A stretch of 63,974 bases of DNA, the filler included. It is 8 parts of 8 records of this genome, joined end to end, with 100 filler letters (N's around TTAATTAATTAA, not from the genome) between each part and the next. Parts side by side here need not be neighbours in the genome. Positions count along the whole stretch, not along the records: positions 47,931 to 58,874 come from SRR31147125_77742; positions 58,975 to 63,974 come from SRR31147125_86529; 6 more parts are not named here. One strand, given 5' to 3'. A program made the translations under genes and the position numbers. The notes below the pieces were generated by a model. The model saw nothing but the letters and a program-made list of their open reading frames with translations. It did no database searches and had not been told where the DNA came from. Positions 55,397 through 63,974 of the stretch are shown here, one piece after another; the first letter of the stretch is position 1, and each line of letters begins with the position of its first letter.

Positions 55397-57210
55397 TCAC
55401 TCCTGAAAGTCCTGCTTGGTTTTTTCCATCTGCTCAGCGTAATGAGCCAGCAGCGTCCTGCGCGACAGCATGTAGAGAACCTTTTGCGGTACCTCAGCAT
55501 CGACGACAGGAATTTCATCAAGATTGCGCGCGGTCAGTTTTTTCATAACATCGGTCAGATGTTCATCCGGTGTGGCCGTGATCACGCTGTGGGTGGCGAT
55601 GTCTCTGGCAATAACCAACGTCGGTGGAATGTCTTCATTGAGAATCCGGCGGATGTCGGTCATTGAAAAAATACCGGTCATCAGACCTTTGTCATTGATA
55701 ATCGGATAGTAGGTGGTTTTGGCCGCAGCGATACTGTCGAGGATGTCCGGCAGCGGCATCCCTTCCGGAATCAGGGTCGGAACCTTCCCTTTGCGTGACA
55801 GAGACTTCACCTGGACCCCTTCGAGGACATCGATGACAAAATCACCAAGATGAGCCGGTGAGTCGAAGCGGCAGGCCACCTGTTTTTCGTAGATGGTGTT
55901 TTTGCGCATGACCAGCATGGCAATGACGCAGACCAGCATCAGCGGTGCAAGCAGTCCGTAGTTCCCGGTCAATTCACTGACCATAATCAGGGTTGCAATC
56001 GGAGCGTTGGCGACACCAGCAAAAAAGCCCGCCATCCCGACCAGAACATAAGCGCGTGGGTCCTGAGTGAGCATGGGGAAGAGAATCTCCGCTGTTGCTC
56101 CGAAGGTTCCCCCGAGCATGGCCCCGATGACCAGGCTGGGAGCAAAAACACCTCCAGATCCCCCGGACGAGATGGTCAGCCCGGTTGCAATCACCTTGGC
56201 GATGGCGATGGTCAGCATGACCCAGAGGGCCATTTTCCCGTAGAGGGCGGCCTGGACCCAGCCGTATCCGGATCCGAGAACCTGTGGGATAAAGAGCGCC
56301 ATCACGCCGAGGAGAAAACCGCCGATTGCCGGTTTTAGCCAGTCGGAAACAGGGAGTTTGCGAAAAAGTGTCCGCATGCCGTAAAAAGATTTGACATAAA
56401 AGACACCGAACAGGGCGCATACGATCCCCAGAATCAGGTAGAGGATCAATTCCGAAGGTTGATCAAAGTGAAACAGCGGCGTATCGAGCAGCGGCTCCCA
56501 GCCAGTCACAGCACCAAACAGGGAATAAGCGACGATCGATGAAATAATGCAGGGGATCAGCCCCTCGTGTTCGAATTCCGGATCCCGGTAGAGAACCTCA
56601 ACGGCAAACAGCGCGCCGCCCAGAGGTGAGCGAAAGGTTGCGCCAACACCGCCCGCCATGCCCGCCAGTAATAGGATCCGGCGATCCATTGATGACAGTC
56701 CCAGCTTGGTTGCGACGAAGGAACCGAAGCCGGCACCGATCTGGGCAATCGGGCCTTCTCGGCGGCTGACCCGCCCGTCCCGATGGTAACGATTGAGGCG
56801 ATGGTTTTGACGATCGGAACCCAGCCGCGAATAACACCGCTCTTGCGGTGGAACGCTTCCAGGGCGCCGTCGGTTCCATGGCCCTCAGCCTCAGGGGCAA
56901 ATTTGAAGACCAGAAAGCCGGAGATCAGTCCACCAAGCGCCGGGAGCAGAAAGAGACACCAGCGATACGGTGTTGAGAGGCTGTCGATAAAATAGTCGAA
57001 GGAGCTTTCGGGAGTGCCCTCCAGGGGAGGATGGAAGTTGCCGATCTGCCCCAGAGTCAAATGCTCGACGCTGTTGGTTGCGTAATAGAAGAAGAGGGCA
57101 CCACAGCCCGACACGATTCCAACCAGGACAGCGAGGATCAGCAGCCGGAAGCCGGTCCGATCAAGAAATTTAAGGAGTCCTGGAATGAATGGCATGGAGT
57201 TATCAATCAA
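55397..57210 (-). CDS. ClC chloride channel/transporter with CBS domains; frameshift near 56760
   Basis: EAEGHGT, broken GGSA(GR)EGP, GGSGGVFAPSL, C-terminal CBS pair. Confidence 0.92.
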
Positions 57211-57305
57211 TCTGGTGATGATTCTGAAGTCAACGCGAACCTTTGATGTTTAGCAGGTTCGTGAGCCGGGAACAAGCCCGATTGTTGACCTGAGAAAAGA
57301 AAGCG

Positions 57306-58874
57306 TTATTTTTCCTGTCGCAGGCGGTTCGCCGCCGCCATCAGTTCGTAGAATCTTGGCAGAGAGAGGTGGCCGGCCTTCCATGGAAAGAGGATGTCGA
57401 GCCCCTGATCCTCGACTGCTCGCAACACTTGCTTGAGCACTTGGCACAACCCTTTTGCCTGATCAGGGTTTTGCCGATGGGACCAGGCAAGCATGTGACC
57501 GATCGCTTCACATTGCCCGGAGTCGATCAGCTGTTCGACCAGGGTCAGGTCGATCCGTTGGCGACCATATTCGAGCGATCGTCCTCGGACCTGAATTTTG
57601 ATCTCTCTCTGGCGTGGAAGAGGCTGTGTGCCCAGCCCTACTTTTCTGGTTTGGTCGTGAATGAATGGTCGCAGTTGATTGCGTTCTGTTTGCAGCTCAG
57701 TCTGACTCTCTGCAATGACCCTGGCTTGTTCTGTTACATCGCTGACCTGGTACGCGTTCAGCATCAGGACATGGTCGGCCACCGTCAGGTAGGCCCCCGA
57801 GCCACCGGTCACCAGAATGCTTGAAACGTGTTCCCGCTCAAACAGCTCACGAATCCGGTGCAGCAGGGGGGTGATCGGTTCCTGGGTTGCGGGAACAAGC
57901 TGCTGCATCAAGCGGTCCCGGATCATGAAGTTGGTCGCCGAGGTGTCTTCATCAATCAGCAGGCAGTGGCAGTCACATTCGAGCGCTTCAATAATATTGG
58001 CCGCCTGTGACGTGCTGCCACTGGCGTTTGGCGTCGAAAAGCAATCGGTGTTACGCCCTCCCGGAAGCTCGCCGATAAAGGGGCTGATATCAACCTGGTT
58101 GATCGCGCGGTGATCCTCGGCGCGGATTTTAACGGCGGAAGGGTCGCAGACAACCAGCTCACGTCCGTCACCGGGGATATGGTTGTAAACGCCTTTTTCC
58201 AGCGCCTGCAGGAGGGTTGATTTGCCATGGAAACCGCCCCCGGTGATCAGTGTGACACCACGAGGAATCAGCATGCCGCTGATCTCTCCACGGTGAGGCA
58301 GTGTGAGAGTCTGCCGCAATGAGTCGGGAGATTTGAAAGGAACGGCTCCGTTAAGGGGGCGGTCATCGATGCCGCTGCGCCTTGGTAGAAGAGCGCCGTC
58401 TGCAACAAAGGCGACCCCATTAAGGGACGGTAGCTGCTTACGCAGAGTCTCCTGGTCTTCAACCGAATCCACGTGTCTGTGTATGCTGTCCGGCGATTTG
58501 TCTGCCCAGAGTAAACTGTCGCTGACAATGGCCGGAATCTCTTCCAGCAGCATTGCTGCGGCCTCTTCAGCGAGAACAGAGCGGCCTGATCCCGGTAGCG
58601 CGAGGATGAGACGAACATCGACGCCAGCTGGGTTGATAATCACTGCATTTCGACGCAGGACCTGCTGACCGTTGACAGCAATCTCCACATCACCGCTACG
58701 ACCTGTGCCGCGCTGTCCTTGAACGTTTTTGTTGATGGCCTTGCTGACCGACCGACCGATGAAATCTTCAAGAGCCGTGCAGCGCACCCGATTCTGATAG
58801 AGTCCTTCCGGAATCAGGTGCTGCTCCGGTGTGAGAAAGAGACTGATTCGTGATGGGCGAGCGTAAGGGTCTCC
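57306..58874 (-). CDS. ABC-ATPase domain-containing P-loop protein (COG3044 type); 5' truncated
   Basis: Frame is open to the contig edge (DPYARPSRI); GGGFHGKST, NASGSTSQAA and IDEDTSATNFM motifs. Confidence 0.88.
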   Translation of the reverse strand, partial: GDPYARPSRISLFLTPEQHLIPEGLYQNRVRCTALEDFIGRSVSKAINKNVQGQRGTGRSGDVEIAVNGQQVLRRNAVIINPAGVDVRLILALPGSGRSVLAEEAAAMLLEEIPAIVSDSLLWADKSPDSIHRHVDSVEDQETLRKQLPSLNGVAFVADGALLPRRSGIDDRPLNGAVPFKSPDSLRQTLTLPHRGEISGMLIPRGVTLITGGGFHGKSTLLQALEKGVYNHIPGDGRELVVCDPSAVKIRAEDHRAINQVDISPFIGELPGGRNTDCFSTPNASGSTSQAANIIEALECDCHCLLIDEDTSATNFMIRDRLMQQLVPATQEPITPLLHRIRELFEREHVSSILVTGGSGAYLTVADHVLMLNAYQVSDVTEQARVIAESQTELQTERNQLRPFIHDQTRKVGLGTQPLPRQREIKIQVRGRSLEYGRQRIDLTLVEQLIDSGQCEAIGHMLAWSHRQNPDQAKGLCQVLKQVLRAVEDQGLDILFPWKAGHLSLPRFYELMAAANRLRQEK

Positions 58875-58974
58875 NNNNNNNNNNNNNNNNNNNNNNNNNN
58901 NNNNNNNNNNNNNNNNNNTTAATTAATTAANNNNNNNNNNNNNNNNNNNNNNNNNNNNNNNNNNNNNNNNNNNN
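58875..58974. other. Artificial contig spacer 7
   Basis: Same linker. Confidence 0.98.
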
Positions 58975-59477
58975 TTATTTTATGCCGTTTTTGGACAGTA
59001 GTGAAATGAGTTTTTCGTTTTGGTGAAGGATATAAGCGCCGCGATCAATATTCCGCTCCAATATGTCAGATAATAATAGAATTTGAGCCTCCAATGCATT
59101 CGGTGAGTCAATTGTTTTGTTAAGCTTATCCCACGCGGTGTGATGGTAGCTTTTACTATTTCAGCTGATGGTTTAAGCCAAGAAACCTGATTTAAAAGCA
59201 TTTCACCAATATTACAATGTTTTTCAGGGTTAGCTGTTTCAAAACCATTATGAATATCTATTTTCTCTTCTGGAGATAGCGCTCCAATGTCGTGCAGTAA
59301 TGCGGCAACAAATAATTTTTCGATTTTTTCATGCGGAAGTTTTAAATATCTGGCGACTCGCCATGAAATATAAGCGGTTCTCTGTTGATGTCTCGACAAT
59401 ATTGGACTTACCAAATCTAAAGCATCTGACAAAGAAAGGATTAGGTTAACCAGATTAATTGAATTTCTTTTTAGCAT
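58975..59477 (-). CDS. HD domain (HD-GYP-like) protein, N-terminal part; frameshift near 59152; truncated
   Basis: LSDALDL, HQQRTAY and LLHDIG; the alternative frame continues YHHTAWD; AAAGGAG SD. Confidence 0.8.
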
Positions 59478-59855
59478 GATATAAAGCTCCTTTACCAAAA
59501 TCATACTGTTTTGAATCAATTATAATTTTTCAACTATTATATTGAATATCGCCATAAATCGTATTGACGATAAACAGCGCTTAATTTGAAAAAAGAATTG
59601 TTACAAAAGTATAAGAAAATTTATCTTTGCGAGCAGACTAATATTATTTTACAGCAAAATTCTATTTAATGCAAAAAGGTAATTAAAACCAATCAATAAG
59701 GGCTCCAGGTTAACAATAATATTATATTGACTGACCTACTGTGATTTTGAATAGAGAGGAATTGGCAAAAGCAACCTGCGGTTTTCAGATATAGAGATAG
59801 AGCGATAATTTGTTAGCGCATCGTTTATATTTACTATGAAACAGTCCAGAAAAAT

Positions 59856-60065
59856 GACACCCATTTTTATATCATTTTATTCACGCCTCAAATATTCTGC
59901 TGAATGAGAAGGATAAAGCAGATGATTTAAGGGCGTGCTTCATTTATGTCGGCTTATAATTGGTGAGGTTGACGATAGCGGAATAGGCTGCCTTTCACAT
60001 CTTTTAAACAGTCCAATGCTCTAATAAAATGGGTGTCTATATATTCGATATATTCGATATATTCG
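59856..60065. repeat. Inverted-repeat-bounded element with adjacent tandem repeat
   Basis: GACACCCATTTT (59856-59867) and AAAATGGGTGTC (60026-60037) form a perfect 12-bp IR; (ATATATTCG)x3 at 60039-60065. Confidence 0.7.
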
Positions 60066-60366
60066 AAAATGGTGTAGTTTGTCCTAATCTTTCGTTTATC
60101 TAATGCCATGATTCAAGAATAGACCTCATATTCAATTTAAGGAATAACGCCGTAAGCCATGAGTCAACACCGACAGGCAGCGGCTGCCCGGGAATTTTCT
60201 TGACAACGCTATTGGGTGGAAGGAAAATGAAGGTCGGTTTTTTCAGCTATCCGGTTTAATAGAATAATGAAATTATAAAATATTACGTGCTTGCCCTGCC
60301 GCCAAGCAGGTAAAGCTGAGCTTTAGCAGGAATGATACATAAAAAGTTATCAAATAAGGAGACGCC

Positions 60367-60934
60367 ATGAGTAACGAACTGGTGTTGGATTCATTACGTC
60401 GCCGCATGAGGGCCATGCATTCACTGTACGAAGAAGCCACGGCCACCATGACTGTTGAACAAGTCAATCACCGTGAACGTGAAGGCATTCTGCCCATGGC
60501 CTTCAGTTTGTATCACTACATCAATATGCAGGATGCATCGTTCATGATTATCACCGGCCAGGCGCCCATATGTAATGATGAGTGGGTAGAGCGCATCCAG
60601 CCCGCCATTGCCGACCACGGCAAGGAAAAAACAGTGGAGGAGATGCAGTTTCAGCAGATTGGCAATTACGAGGCCTTTATCGAATACATGAATGCGGTGT
60701 TCAAGCGCACTGAGGATTGGCTTGCCCAACTTGCTCCGGCTGAACTTGAACGGGTGGTTATCCCGCGGCCGTTTCCTCCCCAGATCGAAAGCACGTACAG
60801 CGCTCGTGTGGCCGGAGAGGTCGGGCTAACCGTGCTTGATACTGTCGAATGCTGGATACCAGCACGGCCTCAGGCATATGGGGGAAATAGAGCTGTCCCG
60901 CAGTTTTGTCGGCCTGAAGGGGATGACGTCTTAA
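60367..60934 (+). CDS. DinB superfamily protein; frameshift near 60857
   Basis: Helical protein with AFSLYH; repaired C-terminus YQHGLRHMGEIELSRSFVGLKGMTS* supplies the HXXXH motif. Confidence 0.75.
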
Positions 60935-61210
60935 GCCTTATGACATGTCCTGATGCATGAACGTTGGAAAAGGTTGATTTTCAGACAAGGTTGAAAAGCC
61001 GCCTATTGAGTATGAGGCGCCCGGATTAAGATGACAAAACTGTGGGCGCCGGTCTTCGGAACATGCCTTGTCGGCGTTTCCTTGGGATTGCCCCTGTTTT
61101 TACTTATGAGGGAAATACACTTGTCAAAAGAATCAAACACTTAATAACGCACTATAATTCCAATTCATAAAACGGGGGCAAGACCTTCCAATGGGGAAAA
61201 GGAGTCAAGT

Positions 61211-61271
61211 CAAGTCTGCTATTGACCCTGTTCACTATCCAAAGTAACTATATGAGTCAATGGCAGACTTG
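61211..61271. repeat. Inverted repeat pair (REP/REPIN-like)
   Basis: CAAGTCTGCTATTGAC (61211-61226) versus GTCAATGGCAGACTTG (61256-61271): 15 of 16 positions complementary. Confidence 0.7.
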
Positions 61272-61372
61272 CCCTCTTGTCACCACGGCCTTTATTTCTG
61301 ACAAAATGTCTCTATTTGTGCTACGAGTTTGACAACCGGGATGGAAAACGATAGGCGCCCTCCCTCACATGT

Positions 61373-61699
61373 TTAACTTGTTGGGGGTTTATATGCGACT
61401 TCCCCCGCTTTCTTCATCACATCAACCGCCTCCTTGGCGGTTAGAAGGGTTGTCGTCTTAATCGCTGAAATCGCCCCACCGGCAAGAGTGGCCATGGTTA
61501 ATACTTCTACACTATCGAGGTCGGGAACCTCGCATAACAAATATACGGTATTTTCACCGACCGCAAAGTAATACTCTTCCAGACGACCACCAAGGGCCTC
61601 AAATATGGGACGGACAGCCTCTCCACGATCCTGAGGATTCTGCATCATCGGTGCATACGCCTCAGGTTTGATACAAACCTGCAATAGATAGCGTGCCAT
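61373..61699 (-). CDS. GYD domain-containing protein
   Basis: NPQDR.EAV...LGGRL..Y...GE...IKTTTLL; AAAGGAG SD. Confidence 0.85.
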   Translation of the reverse strand: MARYLLQVCIKPEAYAPMMQNPQDRGEAVRPIFEALGGRLEEYYFAVGENTVYLLCEVPDLDSVEVLTMATLAGGAISAIKTTTLLTAKEAVDVMKKAGEVAYKPPTS

Positions 61700-62127
61700 A
61701 CTGAAATCTCCTTTCGCCAATCACCCGGCTCTGCCGGGCGCCTGCCTTTTATTATTTTAGGTGGTTCCGCTGTTTCTGATTAAGTCCTTTCCTTTACTTT
61801 TTCCGCTCCATGACCCACTCGCAATGTGGATCGCCGCGTTGCATGTTTTTGGTAATGGTAATACCAGAACCTGGATTTAGGATATCGACAATCCTGGCGC
61901 CTCATCGTTGGTGTCAGGTTGCCCAATATCCACGTTCACTGTTACACACACATTCGAAGCACTTCGAAAACATCTCCAACACGTGTGGATACAGTCGAAT
62001 CAATTTGCAGGTGACAGGTTACAGAAAGTAACAAGAATTATGCGGCTAGCGACTCGTTTTCAATGTTTCAAGCCTTCTGACCGCACGATTTCCCTGTTGA
62101 ATAGGCTTTGAGTTGGAATGAAGGTAT

Positions 62128-62197
62128 TTGCTTTTTGGGATATTGCTCTAATAATATACCCCTCCGACATTACATGCAAAGTTATCCCAAAAAGCAA
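62128..62197. repeat. Perfect 15-bp inverted repeat
   Basis: TTGCTTTTTGGGATA (62128-62142) / TATCCCAAAAAGCAA (62183-62197). Confidence 0.8.
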
Positions 62198-62207
62198 TCA
62201 TAAGTTT

Positions 62208-62245
62208 AGACATCCATGACAAGTAATATCATGGATGTCTTTTTT
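62208..62245 (+). terminator. Intrinsic terminator with its U-tract on the + strand
   Basis: 12-bp stem AGACATCCATGA / TCATGGATGTCT followed by TTTTT. Confidence 0.7.
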
Positions 62246-62261
62246 ATCATAATGGCTCAAG

Positions 62262-62591
62262 TCAAACGACCTTATCAATTATCCTGCTTTTAGCTTCCGC
62301 CTTGGCGGGTTTTTCAGCAACCGCTTCCTCTCCTTCTTTAACCTGCCCCTTGTCGCCGGCTGATTCGGCTTGTTTGGTTTCCCCGGCTTTTAGGCTGCCA
62401 TCGTCGACCTTTTCCGCTTTTTTCACCAAGTCGACCGAATTTTCATCATGTTGAGCCTGAACCTGGGATTCAACCTGAGCTTGAAAATCCTCCCAACTGA
62501 CCAAATCTTTCGACTTTATTTCCAACCGGGTTAATTCCTGGGAAGCCTGTAACTGCAACTGAGAACCATTACTGACGCCTGAAATATCCAT
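62262..62591 (-). CDS. Hypothetical low-complexity protein
   Basis: 109 aa with GGAGG SD; starts MDISGVS and ends IIDKVV. Confidence 0.7.
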   Translation of the reverse strand: MDISGVSNGSQLQLQASQELTRLEIKSKDLVSWEDFQAQVESQVQAQHDENSVDLVKKAEKVDDGSLKAGETKQAESAGDKGQVKEGEEAVAEKPAKAEAKSRIIDKVV

Positions 62592-62625
62592 AGCTCGCCT
62601 CCAATGTGTAATCTTCCCTATTCCC

Positions 62626-62649
62626 CTATCGGCTTATATTTGGATTTTA
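62626..62649 (-). promoter_or_regulatory. Possible sigma28 (FliA) promoter
   Basis: TAAA-N12-GCCGATAG on the minus strand; good -10, spacing shorter than the canonical 15. Confidence 0.35.
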
Positions 62650-62681
62650 ATAAGTAAAATTTGGACATATTTGGAGGGAAT

Positions 62682-63370
62682 CTAATTTTTACTAACCTGT
62701 CTGATAAGCATTAATCCGCATCCGAACGATTTGGCCGGGCCTATACCGTTGAACAATATACGCCTTAGCTTTTCAGGATTGCTAACGGTAATCCGTCCAA
62801 AATAATCAAGTAATGAAATCCTGATGGCTGCCCCGTTTTTTATTTTTTCGAATGTTTGTTGCCGGTAATATTTCACCCTAATGTCTGATTCATCGAAGAT
62901 AAATCCGTTCTTTTCGGATCTGGCCGCCAGCCAGGCCAGGCCTTCATTACGAATAATTTCTTTTTTGAAGGCGACGGCTGTGCGGAATGATTTCCATTTC
63001 TGCAATTCCACCTTGCATCCATGACAACATCATGGCGATGATATCGACCCTGACTGTCTTTTTTATTGCGCACGGGATTGGCGGTCAGTATAAAATCCAG
63101 AACCTGGCCTTCCCTTAGCGCCGGACTGTAATCCATACATTTAATGTCCCATAACCCGTTATAATTAGTTGGTTTATTTGTTGAGACAGCAATAATTACC
63201 GGGCCGTCCGGTCTGTTTTCGAACCTGTAGATAAAATCCCTTTTATGGTCGATATTATCGTGAAAGAAAGACCAAATTAGCCTGTGAACCTGGTAGGCGT
63301 CGTCTGCGGGCAATTCATTGCCCAGGGCATCCTTAGGCTTTTTTGCAGGTGTGATTTTACTTATAAACAT
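62682..63370 (-). CDS. cas6e: Type I-E CRISPR-associated endoribonuclease Cas6e/Cse3/CasE; frameshift near 63015
   Basis: YQVHRLIW, RDFIYR, GQVLDFILTANP, HRHDVVMDA, LAWL and C-terminal G-loop GIGPAKSFGCGLMLIR. Confidence 0.92.
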
Positions 63371-63470
63371 TAGCCAAAATCCAATTGTCGACTTTAGAAT
63401 AATACGATCAAAGGCATGAGATGCATATTACGCAGGGGATTATTCTATAGTTGGTAAATGGCTCATCATC

Positions 63471-63892
63471 GTTTATGCGGCAAGCGCCGTGATATGGTTG
63501 TATCAAACCTCGAATATACATTTAATTGAACTCCAACCCCGAAAAGAATATCTTCAGCGGCTATAGCTGATAGAATAAAGACAAAAAGAAACGGCCCCCT
63601 GGTAGAAAAGCAATATTCCCTATCCCGAACACCTCCATTTATACTATTTAATGTTTAAATAGAGTAGAGCTGCCTTTGATACAAATATACGAGAAAACAG
63701 CAAATTTGGTCACATGCAAAAACAAGTATTATTAGTCGAACATCTCGTTGGCGGCAGCGCGCACAGGCAGACAAAATCGTCAAATAAAATACGATAAGGG
63801 ACAGGTGTTTTTACACGACTAATCCTTTAATGAATGTCCCTTTTCCTTTTCCCTATCATAGCCGATATTGGCGGGTTTATGCGGCAATCGCC
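63471..63892 (-). repeat. Two copies of an 18-bp direct repeat upstream of cas6e
   Basis: GTTTATGCGGCAAGCGCC (63471-63488) and GTTTATGCGGCAATCGCC (63875-63892): 17 of 18 identical. Confidence 0.65.
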
Positions 63893-63974
63893 TTTCCGCT
63901 TCGCCGTCACTATCAGACCGTGCCTGGTCATGGCTAAAATGCTGATTTTGGATTGACCGGCTGAGTTCAGATGG
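63819..63974 (-). CDS. Possible C-terminal end of an unknown gene entering from beyond the window
   Basis: Open frame PSELSRSIQNQHFSHDQARSDSDGEAERRLPHKPANIGYDREKEKGHSLKD*; no recognisable motif. Confidence 0.3.
   Translation of the reverse strand, partial: PSELSRSIQNQHFSHDQARSDSDGEAERRLPHKPANIGYDREKEKGHSLKD

Noticed and set aside
57185-57305. Fluoride riboswitch upstream of ClC (TTGATAACTCCA resembles its 3' end; a hairpin is present)
   Set aside because: The 5' GGnGATGGnGTTCnCC element is missing, and the protein has the chloride-type EGP motif rather than fluoride-type motifs
61988-62110. tmRNA-like tag (minus strand NIENESLAA*) or an insertion-sequence end remnant
   Set aside because: No tRNA-like ends or resume context; the similarity of GATACAGTC to IS256-type ends is too weak and no partner IR or transposase is visible
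58975-63974. Canonical CRISPR array near cas6e
   Set aside because: No regularly spaced 29-bp repeats; only two 18-bp copies 404 nt apart, reported separately as speculative

Overview
This window is not one locus. It is eight unrelated contigs joined by identical 100-nt spacers (44 N + TTAATTAATTAA + 44 N) at 5080, 10804, 20211, 25645, 39917, 47831 and 58875. Gene content suggests an anaerobic-sediment metagenome: a spirochaete-like contig 1, several Desulfobacterota-like contigs, and an AT-rich contig 3 (taxonomy is inference). About a dozen genes carry single frameshifts, mostly at homopolymers, which I read as sequencing or assembly indels. Most content is housekeeping: ileS, a GGDEF protein, GT4/flippase, TetR with acyl-CoA dehydrogenase, NfeD-slipin, an MCE protein, an RND pump, class II DAHP synthase, DegQ, two Lon genes, Hsp20, AOR, RtcB, LhgO and ClC. 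Two loci stand out. (1) A tight PTPS-II / folE / sepiapterin-reductase-like SDR operon (13180-14873) would make a complete tetrahydrobiopterin pathway. (2) An apparently orphan type I-E cas6e (62682-63370) has no other cas gene or canonical array visible. Its leader carries two copies of a small hairpin followed by ATAAAC, resembling the type I-E crRNA handle, and a structured ORF-less element with a terminator lies downstream. No tRNA, rRNA or canonical CRISPR array was seen.
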